The notes under the pieces were generated by a model, which was not told the DNA's origin, searched no databases, and saw nothing but the letters and a program-made list of their open reading frames with translations. DNA of 64,000 nt from Octopus sinensis (Eukaryota). Of the stretch, positions 23,963 to 37,150 are shown in pieces. The stretch covers positions 29,214,464 to 29,278,463 of the forward strand of contig NC_043011.1 in NCBI RefSeq assembly GCF_006345805.1, given 5' to 3'. Position 1 is the first letter of the stretch; every line of letters starts with the position of its first letter. The position numbers and the translations under genes are program-made.

Positions 23963-25977
23963 AATAACTGGTTTGTTTATGTCCCCATAGCTGAACGACT
24001 TGGTAAAAGAGACTGATAGCAAAAGAGACTGAACAAGCACCAGGATTAAAACAAAAAAGTACTGGGGTCAATTTGTTCAACTAAAAAGTGTTCAAGGCGA
24101 TGCCCCAACATGGCCACAGTCAAATGACTGAAACAAGTAAAAGATGAAAAGACAAAATAATAAAACAGAACAATCTATTTCACTGTGAGGAAGGAGAAAA
24201 GTCTAACATTTTACAGAAGGTCCTTCACTTTCAGACATATTAACGTTTGACCTAATGATTGTCTAATTTTTTTCACTTGTGAAATGACTATTTCATTAAA
24301 AATCCATGATTTTTTTTTTACATGGCAACATGTCTTAGCCTTTCAACTTTTAAACATTGACATTACTGCAAGAGAATCGATCAAAATTATCAGACAACCA
24401 TAAAAATTTAATCTAAACTTCTAATTAAGATAATATGTTTCCTAAAAAGTAAGGGGATTGAATTGCAGGTGACTTTCAAACACTTTTTTTTTCACTCTTA
24501 ATCAGTGATATACAGGACAAACCATTGGGAATTTGTTGTAATTTTAGATAAATACAAATGTCAAAATATGTATTTATTTTCTTTTTGTAAATAAATATTC
24601 AGTTGGTTGGCAGAATAGGCAGATCATCATCGTCATCATCGTCATTGTCGTCATCAGTTTAACATCCACTTTTCCATGCTTGCATGGATCAGATGAAATT
24701 TTTTACATATATGTAAGTCTGTGTATGTATGTATGTATGTATGTATGTATGTATCCATCCATCCATCCATCTATCTTTGGTCAGCCCTGGATTATAGTAG
24801 AAGACACTTGTTCAAGGTGCCATACAGTAGAATTAAGTCTTGAAAGCAAACTTTTCAGCCATGTTGCCATGTCTGTGCCAGCCATCATACAAAATGCTTA
24901 GAGTAGAAGTTTTGGGACTTTAACCATTATCATGCTACCTCGGGGCATGTTCCTTCCCTCAACATGTGTCTCTTAATGATATCATTACATGTGGTTTGGA
25001 TGCTGCCAGATTCCCACTACATCGTGATCTTCTCATTTCAGGTTATAAATCTCAAATTTTAGAAGTGACCGGCTACAATACTTACTTTAGTGGAAAGCTG
25101 GAAATATTGGAATTAAACACAGGCTTTCACCAAACAAGCCTTGAATCCTAAACTGACAAAGTATTGACTGCTCCAACTGTTCTCTGATAGGTTTCTTTTC
25201 AAACGTATAGCAGTGGAGACATTAAGTATTGTGGTTCCCCAAACAACCTCCCTACTCAGTCTGATTCCATAGGAATTCCTAGGAATAAACCCAGCAAGTT
25301 AGAATGCCTTTCTCGTCACATCCCTCTCACTATTTGGGGGGTAATATATTTGCTATTTTCTTCAACAAGACTACAAAATAAATCCTAAACATATAAAGAA
25401 AAATGTATATTTATTATGCCAATAATAAACATGCAATCCGATTCTTTATTGTTTTATTATTATTAATCAATAGAAGGCAGTGAGCTGGCAGAATCGTTAG
25501 CATGCTGGACAAATGCTTAGCATTGTTTCACCTGTCACAACATTCTGAGTTCAAATTCTACCAAGGTCGACTTTGCCTTTCATCCTTTTGGGGTTGATAA
25601 ATTAAGTACCAGTGAAACACTAGGGTCAATGTAGTCAACTAGTCCCTTCCCAAAAAATTTCAGGTCTTGTGCCTTTAGTAGAAAGGATTATTATTAATCA
25701 ATAGGTTGACTGTTTAACCAATTAACTAATTGGCTGTTAGATTTATTATTCAGTCAAGCAATCAGTCAGCTAGGGTTTTTGAAAGTTCTCTTATTTCCGT
25801 CTGTAACCTCATCAATGACATGCCCCCTCTACTCGAAGTTTGTTTCAGGTCTGTCTGAAAGTAAAGTAGAACCAATGTTTATTATTAACATAATGACCCT
25901 CCAGAGATACAACAAAATCTGTTTCAACTCTTGAGTTCACACCGAGAATCTTTCCAAACCAGATGCAAAAATTGAAT

Positions 25978-26392
25978 CATCATCATCATCATCATTATCA
26001 TCATTTAATATCTGTTTTCCATGCTGGCATGGGTTAGATAGTACGACATGGAGCTGGCTAGATTCCAATCGTCCAATTGTCTGTTTTGGCATGGTTCCTA
26101 CAGATGGATGCCCTTCTTAACAACATCCCATGTTACAGAGCATGCTGGGTGCATTTTATATGACACTGGCACCTGTAAAGGACATACCTGTATGTATGAA
26201 TGACTGTGATCTTAGCTCAACAAATAAAATCTTCTCAAGTACAGTAAATTGCCACAACTTCCAGCCTCTTGTCATTTTCTCAGTGAGGCCCAGCACCTGA
26301 AATTCCTTTCTCACTATTTCGTCAACCCCTTCCACAGGTACACTCCACAATTAATGAGCAACACTTCTTTAAACAGCTGTCCTCTTCTGTAC
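25978..26392 (-). mobile_element. RTE LINE 3' end
   Basis: Antisense homologue of 23287-23722 with (GAT)n tail. Confidence 0.75.
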
Positions 26393-26454
26393 ACAAAAAA
26401 CAAAATTGTTTACGCACAGGTGTGGCTGTATAGTAAGAAAAAAAAAAAAAAAGA

Positions 26455-26935
26455 CAGCGAGCTGGCAGAAACGTTAGCATGCAGAGCGAAATGCTTAGTG
26501 GTATTTCGTCTGCCACTGCGTTCTGAGTTCAAATTCCACCGAGGTTGACTTTGCCTTTCATCCTTTCGGGGTCAATAAATTAAGTACCTATTTCTTTACT
26601 ACCCACAAGGGGCTAAATACAGAGAGGACAAACAAGGACAGACAAACGGATTAAGTCGATTATATCGACCCCCAGTGCATAACTGGTACTTATTTTAATC
26701 GACCCCAAAAGGATGAAAGGCAAAGTCAACCTCGGCAGAATTTGAACTCATAACGTAATGGCAGACGAAATACTGATAAGCATTTCGCCCGGCGTGCTAA
26801 CGTTTCTACCAGCTCACCGCCATAATAAATTAAGTACCAGTTACGCACTGGGGTTGATGTAATCAACTTAATCCATTTGTCTCTCGTTGTTTGTCCCCTC
26901 TATGTTTAGCCCCTTGTGGGCAATAAAGAAATAAG
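26455..26935. mobile_element. Type B SINE (+) with a second type B SINE (-) inserted at about 26588-26822
   Basis: ataaattaagtacc is duplicated on both sides of the antisense copy. Confidence 0.85.
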
Positions 26936-27726
26936 AAGCTTGCTTCCCAACCCCATGGTTCCAGATTCAGTTTCACTGCCTGGTCCCTTGGACAAGTGTC
27001 TTCTACTATAACCTCAGGCTGAGCAAAGCCTTGTGAGTGGATTTGGTGGGCGTAAACTGAAATCCCATCATGCGTGTGTATGTGTGTTTGTGTCTGGGAT
27101 TGTACAACCACCACCACTTGACATCCTCATAACTTATCAGTTCAGTGAAAGAGACCAAGAGAAAAAGTACCAGGCTTTAAAAAAATAGGTCCTGGGGTCA
27201 ATTTTTTCAACTAAAAGTAGTGCCCCAGCATGGCCACAGTCAAATAACTGAAATGAGTAAAAGAAAAGATAAGAGAATAGCATTTCATTACTATCCTTCA
27301 TATTGTAAAATTAAAATCCTGTTGAGTACAACATTCCTTTTCATACTTCTGATGGTCAATAAAATAAAGTACAAGTCAAACACTGGCGATGCTATAATCT
27401 ACTATTCTCTAATAAACTCTTAAATATGCAGACCAATACTTTTGGTAGAAATCAATAATCATTAAATTAATTAGATTTAATGGAACAAATTCAGTCTCAC
27501 TAACATTTTTTTTTTATCCAAATATTAATGCAAAAAAGCACTAATGGTTTGTCCTCGAGTCTAAAACCTCTCCCTCCAATAAATAGTGACATCACCTGAC
27601 GAGTGGTATTAGTACTTTAAAAAGATTTAAAATAATTCCTATGGGTTATTCTTTGGTCATTAGAATTACCATAATATGTACTACATTGATGTTTTAATGT
27701 CATTATTCACTTACTGACTAACTCAC

Positions 27727-27963
27727 CCAGAACATGACATTGTGTTTGTCAATAGCTATACTGCTACCACAGTTGCTTTTGCTACTGCTACTAATGCTAC
27801 TGTTAGTATTAGTACTAATGCTACTAATGCTACTATTAATGCTGCTACTACTATAACCACCATCACTGCCACTACTACAAGGAATTTTGTTCACATTTTC
27901 TGTCTGGCATAGTCCTAAATCTATTCTACAGTCACACACACACACACACAGAACAAAGCACAT
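27727..27963 (-). other. GT-AG bounded open 237-nt segment (possible exon, low complexity)
   Basis: Acceptor ttctctcgttgcag, donor tgg|gtgagt, 79 open codons, but contains (GT)n and Ser-rich simple repeats. Confidence 0.2.
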
Positions 27964-28208
27964 CTGCAACGAGAGAATCCTTTAATTAGATAGGTCACTT
28001 GAAATACTAGCAATAGCAACTATTACAGCTGGGTCTCACTCAAACCACTGCCTGCATTCTTGAACAAAGAAAAAGACATCTTAAATGATGTAATTCAACA
28101 TAACCTTATAACAAACTGGATGGTTACACCTGGAATGGTTTTCAATTAAATGTCTGCTTTCTCAAGATTGACCTGTAATTAAACAACTGCTAAACAGTTC
28201 CATAAACT

Positions 28209-28221
28209 GTTGCTAGGTAAC
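28209..28221. promoter_or_regulatory. RFX X-box motif GTTGCTAGGTAAC
   Basis: Near-palindromic match to the RFX consensus; minus strand reads gttacctagcaacag; lies in a repeat-free island. Confidence 0.45.
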
Positions 28222-28400
28222 CAAATGCAAAAACCTTTACAAGCCAAAATGATTACCAATTCTAAAGACAGTCTTGATTTTGCCATCAAACTGAATTGTT
28301 CCTTTAACTCATTATTCTTTGCCTTCATTCTCACTCTCTTCCTCTGTCTCTGTCTTCATATATATATATATATATATATTCTCTCTCTCTCTCTCACGCT

Positions 28401-28451
<51 letters not shown>

Positions 28452-28944
28452 GGTAACATTGTACCTCCTTTACAGTAAAACACTTGTTTCTGTCTCTCTG
28501 TCTTACTACAATCTTTCATCATCTGACACAAGATCACTTCCTCCAATGTCTCCCTCCCCTCTCAAAACATTTTTGTCTTGCATGTTACTCAGGGACTCTA
28601 TCAGTGCAGGTGCCACTTAAAAAGCATCCAGTTCACACTGTAAAGTGGTTGGCATTTGGAAAGGCATCCAGCTGTAAAGACCTTGCCTGTGCTTTTGCCA
28701 TGTAAAAAGCACTGAGTCCACTCTGCTGGGTGGTTGTTGTTTGGAAGGGCATCCAGCTGTAAAAACCCTGTCAAAAACAGACACAGAAATCAAGTGCAGG
28801 CTTTTGCCTGGCTGTCCCCTGTCAGACCATCCCAACCATACCAGCATGGAAGGCAGACGCTAAATGATGATGAGATGTGAAGATGATATATATTATATAT
28901 ATATATATATATAATATATATGATAGATAGATAGATAGATAGAT

Positions 28945-28977
<33 letters not shown>

Positions 28978-29018
28978 TAGATAGATAGATAGATAGATAG
29001 ATGGCTAGATAGTAGATT

Positions 29019-29065
<47 letters not shown>

Positions 29066-29555
29066 TAGATAGATAGTAGATAGCAGGCGGCAGACTGACA
29101 GACAGACAGACAGACAGATAGATAGTTATAATGCATAAAAATACATCAAAAGGGTATATAATAAATACAGACAACTTGCTTTACTGATTTTCACATTCTT
29201 CTTCATTATTATACTTATGGTGACTTCTGTATAACTATTTTATAAATGCTTTGATGCTATTAACAACTGTCTGTCCATCTTTTATCTCATGATATATAAT
29301 ATCATAATATACATATACATACACACACCAACACTGACACACACACACACACACACACATGCGCGCATAGTATGTATATAAAAGTTCCTATTTATTATAC
29401 CAGCTACATCCTAATGATACAAACTAGCAATTGTAGTTTTATGGGGTTGTACCAAGCTGTGCCGATGAGGAAATGAACACACGAATATGATCCACCCAAT
29501 GTTCATGGATATCACAGTCTGTATTGTAGTCATCCCAGGAATACAGATCTATCTA

Positions 29556-29612
<57 letters not shown>

Positions 29613-29734
29613 ACCACGTGACCGACCAGACCATCAGATGTTGCTACACATCGCTGGTCACAATGCGTTGTTGATTGTTTTAGCCTTCGAACGACGCCAC
29701 CCCGCTGGCTAACCGAGCAGGCCAAAATATATAT

Positions 29735-29945
29735 TAACGGGAGCTTTATGAAAATAAACAAAAGACGAAGGCAGGGGGAATATAATATAACAATTGTATT
29801 AGTATGGCGCTCGGGGAATATAAATAAAACAAGTCTTTTACGTTTTGAGCTACGCTCTTCAACAGAAAGATACACAGAAAAGAAACACGGAGAGAAACAA
29901 GGAGAGAAAAAAATGCGTGCAGAAGCTAGCGAATCAACATGGCGA

Positions 29946-29947
<2 letters not shown>
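29735..29947 (-). mobile_element. (TA)n-flanked short element family P1 with a decayed hammerhead-like motif (29834-29870)
   Basis: Reverse complement of 39659-39872; motif tcttt-ctgttga-a-gagc-gta-gctc-aaaacgta-aaaga. Confidence 0.75.
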
Positions 29948-29998
<51 letters not shown>

Positions 29999-30239
29999 TA
30001 TATATATGAGTGAAAAATATGAAGCGTGAATTGGTATGTTTGGCCTCGTGACTGGCACAAACTCATTAGATTTTCAGATTGATCCAGTACCAGACAAGAA
30101 TTCGGGATTATTTTTCTTGTTTTTTAACTTAATTTTTGAGAGCAGTCAGGTTCATTTTTAGCATTCTCGTTTGTGAGAGTAGTCAAGTTTATTTTAGATC
30201 TTCTCATTTTAAGAATCATCTCTGACTAATCGTTGAGAG

Positions 30240-30850
30240 GACATTGGTGTTGCCTTGGCAGAGGTTTGCACTCTCTGAGTGCCCTTGTTATCATCATCAT
30301 CATCATTATCATTATTATTAAGGGGTGCCAAATTGGCAGAGTTGTTAGAGCATCGGATAGAATACTGCACAGCTTTTAAAGGTGGTGAGCTTGCAGAATT
30401 GTTAGCATGCTGAGCAAAATGCTTAGCGGCATTTTGTCCATCTTTATGTTCTGAGATCAAAACCCGCTGTGGTCAACTTTGCCTTTCATCCTTTTGGGGT
30501 CGATAAATTAAGTACCAGTCAAGAACTGGAGTCGATGTAATTGACCAGTCCCCTCCCATAAAATTTCAGGCCTTGTGCCTATAGTAGAAAGGATTATTAT
30601 TATCATTAAAGCAGTGAGCTGGCAAAAACATTAGCACGCTGGACAAAATACTCAATGGCATTTTGTTTGTCCTGAGTTCAAATGCCACTGAGCTCGATTT
30701 TGCCTTTCATCCTTTCAGGGTCGATTAAATAAGTACCAATTGAAAATCTGGGGTCGATGTAAACAACTTATCCCTTCCCCACATAAATTGCTGCCCTTGT
30801 GGCAAAATTCGAAACTATTATTATTATTATTATTATTATTATTATCAACC
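30240..30850 (+). mobile_element. Tandem type B SINEs with (ATT)n tails
   Basis: Repeated gagctggca...gttagcac...gcctttcatcctttcggggtcga bodies. Confidence 0.8.
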
Positions 30851-30889
30851 CATGCTAGCATGGAAAACGGACGTTAAACGATGATGATA

Positions 30890-30920
<31 letters not shown>

Positions 30921-31071
30921 CGATTATATAGGACTTCCTCCAGAGGTTATACAGAAATAAAAAATAGAAGAGTGCCATAGTTATCATGTGCAATTGGTTG
31001 AACGATATTTCAGCATCTAGCATGCCTTCCACAGGTTCAAAAATTACTTTTAATCTGCATGTTTGTTACAG

Positions 31072-31102
31072 TCACTTTCCAAGACACACCCAGCGTCCTG
31101 GG
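31072..31102 (+). other. Candidate 31-nt micro-exon
   Basis: Acceptor atgtttgttacag, donor ggg|gtgagt; all three frames open. Confidence 0.3.
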
Positions 31103-31290
31103 GTGAGTGAAGGATAAGAGATGTAACAGTATGACTGAAAGCTTGGAGAGGGGAAGTGGCAGGGGCAGAAGCAAAATTTCTTCATGTAATACAACACAGA
31201 CATTTAAATAGATAGGGTCTTTCTAAGGATGTGGGCAGTATTTGTCAGCACAATGTTCTGGATTTCTCTGAGACATGTTCTCCTGGGATA

Positions 31291-31525
31291 TTTATTTCTT
31301 TATTGCCCACAGGGGGGCTAAATATAGCGGGGACAAACAAGGACATACAAAGGAATTAAGTCGATTACATCGACCCCAGTGTATAACTAGTACTTATTTA
31401 ATTAACCCTGAAAGGATGAAAGGCAAAGTCGACCTTGGTGGAATTTGAACTCAGAACATAACAGCAGACAAAATATTGCTAAGCATTTCGCCCGGCATGC
31501 TAACAATTCTGCCAGCTCTCTACCC
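31291..31525 (-). mobile_element. Type B SINE with 12-bp TSD
   Basis: ttctcctgggat on both sides. Confidence 0.85.
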
Positions 31526-31969
31526 TATTCTCCTGGGATGTCATCTAGATGTTTTTGACATCCCTTTCTTATCATACCTAGAGCACCTACTATAGCAGAA
31601 ACAGTTCTCACTTTAAGATGCTAGATCTTTTGTATTTCAATTTCCAAGTACTTATATTTACTTAGTTTGTCAAATTCCTTGACGTATATTTTCATTAGAG
31701 GGAACACATGTGTGTATCTGTGCTTTTTATCCCACCACTACTTGTCAACTGGTGCTGATGTGTTTCTGTCCCCTCAACTTAGTGGTTCAGCAAACAAACA
31801 AAAAAATAAATAAATAACAGAATAAACACCAGGCGTAGGAGTGGCTGTGTGGTAAGTAGCTTGCTAACGAACCTCATGGTTCCGGGTTCAGTCCCACTGC
31901 GTGGCACCTTGGGCAAGTGTCTTCTACTTACCCATGCCAGCACAAAAGCAGACGTTAAATGATGATGAC

Positions 31970-32003
<34 letters not shown>

Positions 32004-32325
32004 TGGAGGAGGAGGAGGAGGAGGAGGACAACTACATTCTTTAAAGTGGTTTGTGTTGACTAAAGTTAATGTACAGTCAAGTGCAACCTTTAGGTACTTT
32101 TTTTATTGACTCCACCCCACAAAAAGGATGAAAGACAAAGTTGGCCTTGGCAGGATTTGAACTCAAATCACAGCATGTCAGAATAAATTTCATAGAGTAT
32201 TCTGTTTGGATGTTCTAATGACTCAACCAATTTATCTTGCCTTAGCAACCTCTCTGGCTTTAGGGTTACCTAAAATGCACCCAGTACACACTGTAATATC
32301 TTTTCTACTATAGGCACAAGGTGAA

Positions 32326-32660
32326 GGCACATGGCTCAGTGGTTAGAGCATCGAGCTTACAATCGTGAGGCTGTTAGTTTGAATTCTGGACTGGGCTGCA
32401 TGTTGTGTTCTTGAGCAAGACACTTTATTTCCCGTTGCCCCAGTTCACTCACCTGTAGAAATGAGTTGCGACGTCACAGGTGCCAAGCTGTATCGGCCTT
32501 TGCCCTTCCCTTGGATAACACTGGTGGCATGGAGAGGGGAGGCCAGTATGCATGGGCGACTGCTAGTCTTCCATAAACAACCTTGCCCAGACTTGTGCTG
32601 GGGAGGGTAACTTTCTAGGTGCAATCCCATGGTCAGTCATGACCGAAGGGGGTCTCAGCA
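32326..32660 (+). mobile_element. tRNA-headed SINE type D, inserted into a type B SINE tail
   Basis: A box tggctcagtgg, gttcttgagcaagacact core; ggcacaagg duplicated around it. Antisense copy at about 36020-36330. Confidence 0.85.
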
Positions 32661-33032
32661 TCCATGGGCACAAGGCCTGAAATTTAATGGGAAGGGATTA
32701 AATCAATTACATCAAACCCAGTGCTCGACTGATACTTATTTTATCAACCCCAAAAGGATGAAAGGTGAAGTCGACCCCAGTGGAATTTGAACTCAGAACA
32801 TAACAGACAAAATGCCACTAAGTATTTTAGACTTGAGAAAAGTCTTCCATATTTTTACTGTTCCACTTACAGATCGTAATTATAACGTGTGAGTTTGTTG
32901 GTTGATTTCTTTCCCTGACAATCCAAGTTTATCTAGACTGTTCAGTAAGGCTTTTCCTCGCAAAAACCAAAAAACCAAATCCACCGATTATTATTGGTAA
33001 CAATGTAAATTTATGATCTGGATAGAGAAGCT

Positions 33033-33249
33033 CTTTTACTCTTTTACTTGTTTAAGTCATTTGACTGTGGCCATGCTGGAGCACCACCTTTTAGTCAAAC
33101 AAATCGACCCAGGACTTATTCTTTGTAAGCCTAGTACTTATTCTATTGGTCTCTTTTGCTGAACCGGTAAGTTATGGGGATGTAAACACACCAGCATCGG
33201 TTGTCAAGCGATGTTGGGGGGACAAACATATACACACACAAACATATAC

Positions 33250-33282
<33 letters not shown>

Positions 33283-33449
33283 CATATATACGATGGGCTT
33301 CTTTCAGTTTCCGTTTACCAAATCCACTCACAAGGCTTTTGTTGGCCCGAGGCTATAGTAGAAGACACTTGCCCAAGGTGCCACACAGTAGGACTGAACC
33401 CAGAACCATGTGACTGTTAAGCAAGCTATTTACCACACAGCAACTCCTG
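33033..33449 (-). mobile_element. Full-length SINE type A (antisense)
   Basis: Reverse complement of the type A consensus. Similar antisense copy at about 38800-39240. Confidence 0.9.
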
Positions 33450-33730
33450 GATACACTTGACATATGTTTTGGTGGGAATGTTCCATCGGTATTCCTTCTG
33501 CTGATATTTGTGTACATATTCTATAACAGGGAGATTCTATATATCCATTCTAGGATAGTCTTTCTTCTGCGTGGCATCATATACTGTTTTTGCAACAACA
33601 TTCTGTTGAATAGGGAGGTAGTATCTTGATGACATTTTGGGGCAGCTGCTAATCCCATATGTGATGTCTTGTACAGAAATATGATGTAATCTACATTTTC
33701 AGTTGCAACTTGGAACTCCAAGGGTGTCAT
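33450..33730 (-). mobile_element. Fragment of an RLE-type (R4-like) non-LTR retrotransposon, zinc-knuckle region
   Basis: Minus frames KCRLHHISVQDITYGISSCPKMSSRYYLPIQQNVVAKTVY and KEYRWNIPTKT resemble the CCHC region preceding the RLE endonuclease. Confidence 0.65.
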
Positions 33731-34831
33731 TGTCTTTTTGTTTCTTCAGTGTGTGTGTATGTCTGTATGTATATATATAAAATACAAAATGGGACAAGAA
33801 TGCAAAACATCCGGACAACTAGGTGATACAAAAAGGGACTATGTATGTATGTCTGTATGTATGTATGTATGTATGTATGTATGTGTGTGCCTGTATGTAT
33901 GTATGTATGTACTTATGTATGTATGTATGTAAGTGGTGAAATGGCTGAGGCATTAGTGCATTGGACAGAATACCTTGTAGTATTTGGTCTATTTGAGACC
34001 TGAGTTCGAATCCTACCAGAGTTGACTTCACTTTTTATCCTATTGTAATGGATAAAATACAGAATATACATATGTACACAAACACACACACATACATGCA
34101 CACACACACACACACACACAGATATATATATTGTATTATCCTATTGAATGTTCAAATCACAACAGTGGCCATGACAATGATGATGGAAAGGATGATGATG
34201 ATGAGGATGATGACGATGATGATGATATGTGCACACACACACACACACACAGAAAGAGAGAGAGGTAAAGAGATAAAAGCCAGTGAAGAATTAAGAAGGT
34301 CGTAAATATAGATGATTATATTATAATATAGACAAAGAAAATAAAATAAAATATAGAGAAATAGATATTTGACCGAAAATTTATATATATTGTCATGCTT
34401 TGAAGAGTATTGAATCCTAACAAAGCTATTACTTATCACAAAATAAAATTAATTCACTTCAAAGGAAAAAATACTATATTTAAAATGGTAATTACTTTCA
34501 GAAAAGCAAATTTAATTTTATTTAATATTAGAATCACAAAGTTTAATATTGTAAAAATGGAGGGAAAAAACAGAAGTATCTCTTGAAATTATATCAAAAT
34601 ATTTTTAGATTTTCAAGTAAAGGCAGACCTATTTTTAATTGTAAAATATGTTGTTTCTTTTTTGTTTTGTTTTTTGTTGTTGTTATTGTTGTTGTTTTGG
34701 GAGGTTTTGTTTGTTTTTTACTGAATTTTTTTTTCAAAAACTATACATCTGTAATTTGAATATAAATCATTGATGGAATACTTTCAGTTGTCTGAACTCT
34801 TAAAGTCTAATAGTTTTATTTGTGTGTGTGT

Positions 34832-34890
<59 letters not shown>

Positions 34891-35220
34891 TGTGTATGTA
34901 CGTACATCCTTAACAAAATTCTCATTGGTTCATACTTGAAACATTATCAGGTGAGATAATTCTTATGTAGATTCAGAGATAATCATATATACACCCTCCC
35001 TCTCAGTCTCTCTCTTTCTCTCTCCCTCTCTCTCTCTCTCTCTCCCTCTCACACACACACACCCACACACACACACATATAGGTGCAGGCATAGTTGTGT
35101 AGTAAGAAGTTTGCTTCCCAACTACATAGCCCCAGGTTCAGTTCCACTTTGTGACAACTTGGGTAAATGTTTTCTATAGGCCTTGTAAGTGGATTTGGTA
35201 GAAGGAAACTAAAAGAAGCC

Positions 35221-35250
<30 letters not shown>

Positions 35251-35255
<5 letters not shown>

Positions 35256-35421
35256 AAATATTGTGTACATTAGAACACATTAAGAGGCTTCCAAATAGGA
35301 AAGCCTTGTACTAGAAAGAGCAGTAGAAAACTCAAACCACTCTTTCTACTACTCTTTCTAGCACAAGGCCTTTCTATTTGGAAGCCTCTTAATGTGTTCC
35401 AATGTGCACGATATTTTATGT
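35251..35421. repeat. About 170-bp imperfect hairpin (MITE-like) within a split SINE A
   Basis: Arms about 35251-35328 and 35342-35421 with about 7 mismatches, all transitions by my reading. Confidence 0.85.
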
Positions 35422-35575
35422 GAATAATATATAGTCTATTGACTATTTTTTTTGTGCTAGGCCACTGGTAATAATAATTTCTATAATTCTTATTACCTAA
35501 TATTACTTATTATATATATGTATATATATATATGTATATATATATATGTATATATATATATATGTATATATATTG

Positions 35576-35606
<31 letters not shown>

Positions 35607-36884
35607 GGGGGGGAGGGTGCATTTAATTTATATGTGTGCATGTGTGTGTATGCATTTATATTTATATGTATGTGTGTGTATACGTTTATATTTATGTGTG
35701 TGTGTCACTGTGCCTGTGCTTGCTTGCACCAACACTTCACAACCAATGTTGGTTTCTTTACATCCTGTAACTTCGTGGTTTGGGAAAAGAGACCATTAGA
35801 ATAAGTACCAGGCTTTAAAAACTAAATACTGGTGCGGTTTCATTCAACTATAACTTATCAAAATGGTGCCCCAACTTAGCAGCCATTGAATGACTGAAAA
35901 ACGTGCAAGATAGAATATATAAATATATGTACACACATACAAACACACACACACACACACGCGTGCAGATATATATATGTAAATAATATACGCACATATA
36001 TATTTATACTTATATATAAAAGACCCCTTTGGTCATGAATGACCATGGGATTGCACCTAGAAAGTTCTTCTCTGAGGCAAAAGTCCAGGCAAGGTTGTGT
36101 ATGGAAGACCGGCAGTCGCCCACGCATACCAGCCTCCTCTCTCCATGCCACTGACGTTATTCAAGGCAAAGGTTGATACAACTTGGCACCAGTGATTCCA
36201 CTACTCATTTCTACAGCTGAGTGAACTGGGGCAACGTGAAATAAAGTGTCTTGCTTAAGAGCCCAATCCAGGAATTGAATTCACTACCTCATGACTGTGA
36301 ACCCAATGCTATAGTCATTGAGCCATGTACCTTATATATACATATGTATATATATATACATAGAAACCTAGGTCTGACCAGAATAAAGTTTTTATTTTTC
36401 ATTCCTTTTGAAGATTGCTCTTAAATGTGGTTTTGGTCGTTTTGACTACTTCTTCTAGTGTGTAAAAACTGCCTGTTGAAGGTAGTTTTCTCTTGTGTGT
36501 AAATATACATATTTGAGTATATATATACACACACACTCACACACAAATGCACAAACACATCACACACACACACACCACAGAGGTATATATACACACAGAT
36601 CAGATTGCCATAGCAGAATGTTTTTTTTTGAAATTGCTAGAACTCAGTATCCTTATGACGTCTGCTATTCATAATCTCCTTCAGTGATGCAATATAAACT
36701 CAAAGATATTCTCTCATCTGAACTGTCACATAAATCACAACATAAGTACTAAGTAAAATTTTTATTAATAAATAACAAAAGAGCGTAACTTATTAATAAT
36801 GTAACACTTGTTCTTTGACCATTAATTAATGTATAAACATACTTGCAGAGACACACATACACACGCACATATATATCCATACAT

Positions 36885-36922
<38 letters not shown>

Positions 36923-36949
36923 GAATATATGTGGAATATATGTGGAAAA

Positions 36950-37150
36950 TCGGTGTGTGTTTGTTCGTGGCATTGTTAGCTAACTCCTCCTACATCGTTT
37001 TATTGATTTTGATAAAACTTGGCATGTGAGTAGAACTTCTGCCTGGAAACTTCATGACATACTTAGATTATTGAAAAAATCGATAATACGACCCCTGGAA
37101 AGGACCTTTATATCTACCTCGTGTAACTATTTTTTTTAAACACCCAAGAG
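36950..37150 (+). mobile_element. Possible non-autonomous Helitron-like fragment
   Basis: gtttgttcg...aactcctcc...gatttttgataaaacttggcatgtg resembles invertebrate Helitron-derived repeats; termini not resolved. Confidence 0.3.
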
